From Octopus sinensis (lineage: Eukaryota): a stretch of 64,000 bases of DNA. The position numbers and the translations under genes are program-made. Below, in pieces: positions 37,601 to 48,093 of this stretch. The number at the start of each line of letters is the position of its first letter. Position 1 is the first letter of the stretch. The stretch is from positions 6,262,001 through 6,326,000 of the forward strand of contig NC_043020.1 of NCBI RefSeq assembly GCF_006345805.1, read 5' to 3'. The notes below the pieces were generated by a model. It was not told where the DNA came from and ran no database searches. It was given only the letters and a program-made list of their open reading frames with translations.

Positions 37601-40600
37601 CATTATCCAACTTATGTCTAAAAATCAATGTAAAATTAGGTGGAATCAACAGCATTTTACTTCCAAGTATTCGGTAAGTTAACATGATTTCTCTTTTTTT
37701 TGGTTTTTTTTTTTAATCTCTTTTATTTTTCGCAGGTTTCGGTAAATGAACTTAAAGGGTTTAGTCCCATGTTTCTCAACTGTTTCTTGCCTATGGACCC
37801 CTTTGATTCACGTGTTTTGAATTAATCTTGCATTATCTCATAGCTTTGCGATTTTGAGCGGCTGTGTGGTAAGTAGCTTGCTTATGAACCACATGGTTCC
37901 GGGTTCAGTCTCACTGTGTGGCACCTTGGGCAAGTGTCTTCTACTATAGCCTCAAGCCAACCAAAGCCTTGTGAGTAGATTTGGTAGATGGAAACTGAAA
38001 GAAGCCCATCGTATATATATATTTATATATGTGTGTTTGTGTGTCTGTGTTTGTCCCCACACCATCACTTGACAACCTATGCTGGTGTGTTTACATCCCT
38101 GTAACATAGCGGTTCGGCAAAAGGGCCTGATAGAATATGTACAAGGCTTACAAAGAATAAGTCCTGGGGTCGATTTGCTCGACTAAAGGCGGTGCTCCAG
38201 CATGGCTGCAGTCAAATGACTGAAACACATAAAAGAGTATACGTGTGTGTTTGTGTGTGCCCTTGTCTAGACATCATGTGATGGTTGTAAACAAGCATCA
38301 CCATCATACAAGTGGGGTTGTTCCTTACCAGTCTTCTGTGAAAAAAAACATGTTTATGATGATCATGATGAATGCTAGTGGTATTTTGTTGTTGTTATTG
38401 TTGTTGTATGAATTGTCTTGTGATGCCATTTCAGACCAGCGGTGTTTAGGGAGCCTGTGATCTTTATTGGTGCTGACGTCACTCATCCACCTGCAGGAGA
38501 TGCAACAAAGCCTTCCATTGCTGCAGTAAGTAAAATCCAGTCTGTCCGTAAATTATCTTTACTACTTCCACAATTTATGGTATCAATATATTTCTGAATA
38601 TTTCAAATTGTAAAGCTAATTTATGGACACCTTCTACCTGTGCACGTACCTTCCATTGCTGCAGTAAGTAAAATCCAGTCTGTATATGTAATAACATAAT
38701 CTTCAATTTTTTCTTGTCTGAGTGCTCTCTCTTCTCTCCTTTTGTATATATAAGGTGTCCGTAAATTATCTTTACTACTTCCACAATTTATTGTATCAAT
38801 ATATTTCTGAATATTTCAAATTGTAAAGCTAATTTATGGACACCTTCTGCATGTGCGCGTACAAGTACAAGAATAAAAGAGTATTTGTGTTTATGTCTCT
38901 CTGCAAGCTGTATAATTGGCTGTGTATGTATGTGTATATATATATATAGGCTCCATCCACCTACACCTAACCCTACTGCCCGCCCAACCACCCCCCACAC
39001 ACCTCTCCAATCCCTCCCCCTCAGACCTCCACGAGACCTACCACCCCTCCTACTTCTATTCCATCCACCCCTTCTCCACTTCCGTCTGTTGTTACCATTC
39101 CCCACGATCTTCCCCTCTCTGCGGCTGAACGCTCCGTCCTTGGTAGGGTCTGCGTTTCATCCCCCTCACTCCATCCTGTAAGGAATTCCAGACGCGAGTT
39201 GATGTCCACAGCTTTGTGCGCCGTGTCCGGTTGGGTGCGCATTACCACGACTCGCCACCCACACCCAACGAAGAGGACGACTGCTTCACTGGCCTGGGCC
39301 GCCGACCATCCCGTGGACGCCTGCCCCTGGCCAGATCCTAGCAGTGGATCTTTTCGCGGGCGCTTGTCAGCGTGCATTGGAGCGGTTCAACTTCTCCAGG
39401 CGCCAACGCCGCCTCAACATCTCCCCGCTGAGCTCTTGGCTCTTCGTTCCCTCCAACGGCGCGCTGACATTATCATCAAACCGGCTGACAAGGGTGGAAC
39501 TGTAGTGGTGTGGCGCGCGGACCTCTATAGGGCCGAGGCTTTCCGCCAACTCAATGACACCTCCTTCTATTCCCCTCTGCCCTCTAACCCCACGTAGCTA
39601 CCAACAGACGGTATCCTCTACTGTCCAAGACCTCATCTCGTCCTCCCGTCTCCCCCGCACCGCATCCAACCTAATTGTGCGAACCCCACGTACCCCCCCA
39701 TTTACTTCCTCCCCAAAATCCACCAACCCAACAACCCTGGCCGCCCCATCGTCTCCGCCTGTAACTGCCCCACGGAGCTCATCTCTAAATACCTCGACCG
39801 TGTCCTTGCCCCCCTAGTGGCATCTCTTCCCTTCCACATCCACGATACCAACCATGCTCTCCGGCTTTCAACTCTTTCTCCTTTCCTCCCGGCTCCTCCA
39901 AAATCCTTTTTACTATGGACATCCAAAGCCTCTATACTGTTATCCCTCACCACGAAGGACTGCAGGCCCTTCGACACTTTCTTGACCTCCGCTCTAACCC
40001 TGTACCTGACACCTCCACACTCATTCGTCTGGCCGAACTTGTCCTTACTCTGAACTGCTTCTCGTTCGCGGGCGAGTTCTACCATCAGGTCTCGGGAGTG
40101 GCCATGGGAACGCGAATGGGCCCCAACTATGCGAACCTGTTCGTTGGCTATGTTGAGGCCCAATATTCTCTAATTTCACTGGTCCCACTCCTGAACTATA
40201 TGGTCGTTATATTGACGACATTATCGGTGCCACCTCACTCTCCCGCGAACATCTAGATTCCTTCCTCTCTTTCGTCCAATCTTTCCATCCAGCCCTCCAC
40301 TTCACTTCCACTATCTCCAACACCTCCGTCTCCTTCCTCGACATTTCGGTTAGCATTCTTCACTCCACTCTTACCACCTCCATTCACTACAAACACACAG
40401 ACTCACACTCATACCTCAACTTCTCTTCCTCCCACCCAGAACACACCAAGCTTTCCATCCCCTATTCCAATTCCTCCGTCTACGTAGGCTCTGTAGTGAC
40501 GACCATGACTTTGAGACTCAGTCTCAACGTATGGCTCACCACTTCACCCTACGTGGATACCCCCTCACCACTATCCACACCGCCCTTGCCAGAGCACGGT

Positions 40601-42850
40601 CCGTGGAACCGGTATCTGCTCTCTCTCCCCGAACCCGCCCTGTAGTCTCCCCCCGCCTCCCTTCTCCCCTCACTTACCACCCCACGACCCTACGTCTCCA
40701 ACGCACCATTCTTCGAGCTTTCCGTCATCTCCAGTCCGACCCGTCCACTTCACACCTCTTCCCTAACCGACCCCTCCCCTCTTTCAAACGAGCCTACAAC
40801 CTTCGAGACCTTTTGGTCCATAGCTCCTTCCCTGACCCTACCTCCCAACCCGGCTCGTTCCCCTGCTCCCGCCCACGTTGCCGCACTTGCCCTTACCTCT
40901 CCAACACCACCCGCCTCACTAGCACCCACCATCGACCCTATCCCATCATCCACTCCTTCACCTGCACCTCCAGCAATATTATCTATTGCATCTCTTGCTC
41001 TCTCTGCAATTCCTTGTACATCGGACAAACGGGACGCCGCTTGGCTGACCGGTTCGCGGAACACCTTCGTGACATCCACCTTGCGAACGACACCCCGTCT
41101 CACGCCATTTCCGCTCCACCGTCACTCCTTGCACACCTATCTGTGTTCGGTTTGTCCTTACACAGAGGCCATCCGGATTCCCGTTTGCGCCGTGAACAGG
41201 AATTAATCTTCTCTCTTCGCTCTTATACGCCATTTGGTCTCAACTCTCCCCCCCTACTCATCTAACCTCACCTCCCTCCTCACCTATTCTTTCTCCCCGA
41301 CCCCTACTTCTTCAGTCCTTCATCCTTTCACCCCTACTCCCCTTCCCTTCTTCCCTCTTTCTCCCTCCCTCTTCCCCTTCCCTCTGCTCCCTCACTCCCT
41401 TCTCCCCTTCTCTCTCCCCCTCATCCCCTTTCCTTCTCCCCCATCCTCTCCTCCCCCTCTTCTTCCCCTCCCCTTCTCTCCCCCCTCTTCTCCCCCCCCC
41501 TCTTCTTCCCCGTCCCCCTCTTCTCACTACAACCACATGACTTTACACATCACATCAATATGATGTGCCATACCTATACACACACCAACTAATACATACT
41601 AATACGTACTAATACATACTAGTACATACTAATACTTACACCAACCCTATACATACACACGTCCAGACCCCGCATACGCACTTACTCTCTCACACACACA
41701 CACACACACCTATACATACCAATACGTACTAATACATACTAATACATACACCAACCCATACATACGCACGTCCAGACCAATCTTACGCACTAATACTCTC
41801 TCATACACAACACACACACACACACAACCCCTATACATACTAATACATACATTAGTGGTGCTAACCTGATGATGATATTATATATATAATATATATATAT
41901 ATATATAATATACACCTAATACATACACAACCCTATACATACACACATCCAGACCCCTCCCACGCACTTTTAGCTGGTCACTCAACCCTTTTATCAACCC
42001 TATTATCTCCCCTTATTTCGCTCTCGCGTCTCATGTTTGATCTTTGACCTCTGGCCGAAATCAGATCGCCATGTTGATTCGTTAGCTACTGCACGCATTT
42101 TTTTTCTCTCCTTCTTTCTGTGTTTTTCTCTCTCTGTGTATCTTTCTGTTGAAGAGCGTAGGCTCGAAACGTTAAAGACTTTTTTATTTATATTTCCTGA
42201 GCGCCATACTAATACAATTGTTCGTGTTGTTTCCACACCTGCCTTCGTCTGTTTTTTTTCATAAAGCTTCCTGTTATATATATTATATATATATGTATAT
42301 GTATATAAAAGATAATGGTGTCATTGAGACCCAGAGGTGTCAGGTAATGCTGAATAAGTGCTATAGACAGACCATAGTTAAGTTCCAGATTTGGTAATAT
42401 TGCAAATAAAGGGTTCAACGTTGGTTCTATGTCAGCGTATTTAAATAAGAATTTTTTGTGTAATGAGATAAGAAAACCAAGGCTGTGTAGATTTTAGAGC
42501 ATTTATATAGAAGGTCTTACAGCTGTTTCAAGGATATTTAATTAATAATAATATCCCTTCATCAGAGACGGTGTGAGAGGAAAAATTAAGTCATAGTTAA
42601 ATCATTAAACTTAATTTTTCCTCTCACACCGTCTCTGATGAAGGGATATTATTAATTAATATCCTCGAAACAGCTGTAAGACCTTTTATCTATAAATGCT
42701 CTAATATCTATACAGCCTTGGGTTTTTTTATCTTATTACGCAAAAAATTCTTTTATATATAAGTATATATACATATATCTGAACAAATGTGTCTGTATTG
42801 TTACACATGGATGGTTGGAAATATGGAAAGCATAGATAGACATACAAAGA

Positions 42851-42881
<31 letters not shown>

Positions 42882-45800
42882 TTGCATTTGTGTTTCTTTG
42901 CACCTGTATACTTGGACGTATATGCATGTGTTTAAAGTATGTAATATATATGTATATAATAGAAATATGTTACAAAGAGAAAATAGAAACTACACGTGGT
43001 AATGTAAGGGGAAAGTAAGAAAAATAAGAGAAAATGCACATTGTAAGTCAATAAAATGTAAAGGCTTTTTATGAAAAGTAACGAAAGATATATAGAATGA
43101 ACTGAGGTAGGAATAAAAATAATAAAAGTCATTATTGTGAAATTATTAAAGAGATTCAAGCATAGGCGCAGGAGTGGCTGTGTGGTAAGTAGCTTGTTTA
43201 CCAGCCACATGGTTCTGGGTTCAATCCCACCACGTGGCACCTTGGGCAAGTGTCTTCTACTATAGCCTCGGGCCGACCAAAGCCTTGTGAGTGGATTTGG
43301 TAGACGGAAACTGAAAGAAGCCCGTCGTATATATGTATATATATGTGTGTGTGTGTATATGTTTGTGTGTTCATGTGTTTGTGTTTGTCCCCCTAGCATT
43401 GCTTGACAACCGATGCTGGTGTATTTATGTCCCCGTTACTTAGCGGTTCGGCAAAAGAGACCGATAGAATAAGTCCTGGGCTTACAAAAGAATAAGTCCT
43501 GGGGTCGAGTTGCTCGATTAAAGGCGGTGCTCCAGCATGGCCGCAGTCAAATGACTAAAACAAGTAAAAGAGTAAAGAGTATACCGGTTTCGTAAGTTAC
43601 TAATCATTGCTTTGAATACAATTATTCATTGCTTTGAATGCACACCTATTAATGAATATGTATATATATACCACCTACACACCCATCCCCACATTTTCAC
43701 ACCTACACATACACGCACACGTCCAGACCACCAACCCTCTTTCACATGCACATACATACTCTCTTATACACACACGCACCTTCGTGTTGGGAGTCATCTT
43801 TACTGTGTTATCTCCCCTACTTTCCCTCGTGTGTGACCCTTCTGTCCGAAGTCAGTCGCCATGATAAATCGTTTTTTTCTCTCCTTGTTTTTTCTGTGTC
43901 CCTTTCTGTAGAAGAGCGTTGGCTCGAAACGTAAAAGACTTTTTCAATTCCTGAGCGTTATACTAATACATCTGTTTGTTTTGTACACCACCTGTCTTCG
44001 TCTTTTGTTTTTTTCGTAAACTCTCCCTATATATATATATGTCTCTGAATGAACATGTCTGTACTGTTACACGCAGGTGGTTGGAAGTATGGATGGACAT
44101 CCAAGCCGATATTCAGCGTCAGTCAGAGTACAACAACATCGACAGGAAATCATCAAAGAACTGTCTCACATGGTCAAGGATTTGCTGATGGAGTTTTATA
44201 AATCTACTCTCTATAAACCTGCGCGCATCATTTTCTACCGAGATGGCGTGAGCGAGGGGCAATTCCAGCAAGTAAGTCTTTGAGCTTTACCAAATCTTTT
44301 ATTTCGACTTTGCTTTTTGACACTTAATGGCATTAAAAATATTTTTCAAGCAGCTGTATTTGGACTTTTGCTGGACAGCTGGTCAAAATTATGGTCATTT
44401 GAAAAATTTTTTTCTGACACTGGTTTTTTTGCATCAATTATGTATGGGGGCAGCGAGCTGGCAGAATCGTTAGCATGCCAGGTGAAATGCTTAGCGGTAT
44501 TTCGTCAGCCGTTACGTTCTGAGTTCAAATTCCGCCAAGGTCGACTTTGCCTTTCATCCTTTCTGGGTCGATAAATTAAGTACCAGTTGCGCACTGGGGT
44601 TGATATAATCGACTTAATCTGTGTGTCTGTCCTTGTTTGTCCTCTCTGTGTTTAGTCCCTTGTGGGTAGTAAAGAAATAGGGATTTTGTCTGTCGCTACG
44701 TTGTGAGTTCAAATTCTGCCAAGGTTGACTTTGCCTTTCATCCTTTCGGAATCGATAAATTAAGTACCAGTGAAACACTGGGGTCGACTTAATTCGGTTG
44801 TCCCCTCCCCACAAATTCCAGGCCTTTTGCCTTTAGTACAAAAGATTAAGAGGCAGTGAGCTGGCAGGATTGTTAGCACATTGGGAGTAATGCTTAGCTG
44901 TATTTCATCTGTTGCTACGTTCTGAGTTCAAATTCGGCCGAGGTCGACTTTGCCTTTAATCCTTTCGGGTTCAATAAATTAAGTACCAGTGAAACACTGG
45001 GGGTCAATGTAATGAACTAATGCCCCGCCCCACAAATTTCTGGTCTTGTGCCCTTAGTAGAAAGGATCACCATCATTGTCAGCCACGGCAGCGTTGTTGT
45101 TGTTGTTATTTAGGCGGTGAGCTGGCAGAATTGTTAGGACACCAGGCATGCTAACAATTCTGTCAGCTCGCCACCTTTTTTTATTATTATTATTTTTTTT
45201 TTGTAAATATTACAGGAAAAAAGCTAATTCTTCCCCAAGTTATTAAAATCTCAAAGAGAGGTTGGGGGGCAGTCGAGATGATTTTTTTTTATTTAATGTG
45301 TTGTTGTTGTTTATTTCCTGTAGGTGCTGAGTCATGAATTGAGAGCAGTGCGTGAAGCATGCATAAGTTTGGAGGTTAGTTACCAGCCTGGCATTACATT
45401 CATAGTCGTGCAGAAGAGGCATCACACACGGCTGTTTTGCTCAGATAAACGTGATCAAGTAAGTCTTGGAGTACAGCCAATTCAATGTATTTATGTATGT
45501 ATATATATATATGTGTATGTATGTATGTATGTATATGTGTGTGTATGTATGTATGTATGGTTTTTTGCTCAAGTAAGTTTTTAATTGCAGAACACTCAGT
45601 CCATTCTGCAGGGTGGTTGGTGTTAGGAAGGGCACCTAGTCATAAAAAAATTTGACTCAATCAATTAGTTTAAAATATATGTTATTACTATCATCATCAT
45701 CATCCTTATTATTATTACTATTATTATTATTGAGTGAGAGAACAGTGCATGCCATCAAAGTGATACTGGGATAAAATATGCAGGGCCCATCATGACTACC

Positions 45801-46349
45801 CCTCTGATAAGGGTACACTAGGCACATGCATCACAACCATATGTGCGCAACATGGTGATCTCATATCAAGATAAACAGTGCATGACCTTGCAGGTGGGGC
45901 CCAGTTAGAATTTTCTTCTGGTTGAGTAACCCATCTCGCTCAAAAGGTCCCTGAATAAGGGTTGTCTAATGATGTTGAACAAACCACCCATGTTTCCAAA
46001 GGTGAATTATCCAAACCTCTAAGAATTCCTTTCAACACATGGCTATGATGCTCCCCCACTACTTCTGCTTGTGATCAGAGATGCACATATTGTCAGCCAC
46101 CAAGGGACTTGCTCAACTGATTACGGTCAAACAACTGACTAGCAAATCTGTGATATTGAGCAGAATATTTGCTGTAGCCCATCTTTTATACCAAGACATA
46201 TTTTCGTCTGTCTTTACGTTCTGAGGTCAACTTTGCCCTTTCATCCTTTTAAAGTCAATGAATTAAGTACCAGTGAAACACTGGGGCTGATGCAATCAAC
46301 AAGCGCCCCCTCCCGCAAAATGTCAGGCCTTGTGCCTGTAGTAGAAAGG

Positions 46350-46385
<36 letters not shown>

Positions 46386-48053
46386 TCTGCTCTTGTCAAC
46401 TTTGCTTTCATCCTGTCAGGGTTGAGTAAATAAATATCAGTTGATCACAGGGGTTGTTGTAATCGATTGGCCCTCTCCCCCCAAATTTCAAACCTTGTAC
46501 CTATACTAGAAAGGATTATTATTAGTTTTTCTACTTTCAATTTTGTTTCCATTTCTTGCCAAATGTCTTCCCAACACCTAGGGCAAAGAAACTCTCTGTT
46601 ATACTTTGATAGGCCATTAAAATATATACATCAGATTATTCATTTACTAAAATCAAATGAAGTCATGTAGAAAAAAATCTTATTTATTTTATTTTTTTTG
46701 TTTTTTCCAAAGTTGTTATTAAAAGCATTTTCTCTTACTTTTACCTTTCAGATTGGTCGAAGTGGAAATATACCGGCAGGCACTACTGTTGATTACGGAA
46801 TTTGTCACCCTACAGAATTTGATTTCTATTTATGTAGTCATGCTGGTATACAGGTGAGTACAACAACCTGTTTTTCTTTTTGTTTTTGTTTTTTTTGGCA
46901 GGGGTACATTGGGAAACGGGGAGAATAATTTGTTTCTTCGTCAACCTCGTTATCTGTGGGGCTTTTTTGTTCGTTGTTAACCCAAAGTGTCGGTTGATAT
47001 ACCCTCCAGCCTACATCAGGTGTATTGGGGAAATTTCAAACCTTGGTTCTTATTCCTAAGGTATTTTTCGATGTTATTAGTATTAGTATTATTATTCAGG
47101 TCACTGCCTGGAATCGAACTCAGAATCTTGGGGTTAGTAGCCTTGTGCTCTTAACCACTAGGACTGTGTGTGTTGTGTGTGTGTGTGTATATAAGAAAAT
47201 GAAGAAATTGATAGAATAAGTACTAGGCTTACAAATAATAAGTCCTGGGGTCAATTTACTTGACTAAAGGCTGTGCTCCAGCATGGCCGCAGCCAAATGG
47301 CTGAAACAAGTAAAAGAATAAAAGAACACAGACAAACACATAACCAACATATCCACCCATAAAGCTTTGATTGGCCCGAGACCATAGTAAAAGACACTTG
47401 CTCAAGGTGCCACGCAATGGGACTGAACCCGGAACCATGGGGCTAAGAAGCAAACTTCTTACCACACAGCCACACTTGCTGACGGTTTCCTGCATCTGTC
47501 GATTCCTTTATTTCCTTTTGTTTTGTTTCTTTATATATTTGTTGTTGTTGTTTTTTTTTCTCTTAATCCAATCCATCCATGCCAGTCACTCATCTCCGTC
47601 TCTGTCTCTCTCTCTTATCCGCAGGGTACTTCTCGTCCTTCTCACTACCATGTCTTATGGGATGACAACCATTTTAATGCTGATGAGTTGCAAACATTAA
47701 CCTACCAACTTTGCCACACCTACGTCCGGTGTACACGCAGTGTTTCCATTCCAGCTCCTGCGTATTATGCGCACTTGGTCGCCTTTCGAGCACGCTATCA
47801 TCTTGTTGAAAAGGAACATGATAGGTACAGCCTCTTCACTCTCTTCACTATCTTTCTCTCTTCTCTATCTTTTCCCTTTCTCTTTTATTCTGTCTCTCTC
47901 TCTTTTTCTCTTTCGTTTTCTCCCTCTCTCTTTCCCTCTAGTTTTCTTCCTTTCCTTGCTCTCTCTCTCTCTCTAGTTTTCTTCCTTTCCTTGCTCTCTC
48001 TCTCTCTCCCTCTAGTTTTCTTCCTTGCTCTCTCTCTCTAGTTTTCTCCCTTG

Positions 48054-48093
<40 letters not shown>

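Larger units (their letters stand above)
42446..42752. repeat. Fold-back inverted repeat, arms about 145 bp, one hammerhead per arm
   Basis: 42446-42591 versus 42609-42752. Confidence 0.92.

Noticed and set aside
39702-41233. Minus-strand ORFs over the Penelope element
   Set aside because: They are antisense shadows of the C-rich plus-strand RT/endonuclease coding sequence.
41866-41880. CTGATGA motif in the Penelope 3' region
   Set aside because: There is no stem II or GAAA downstream; it runs into a TA tract.
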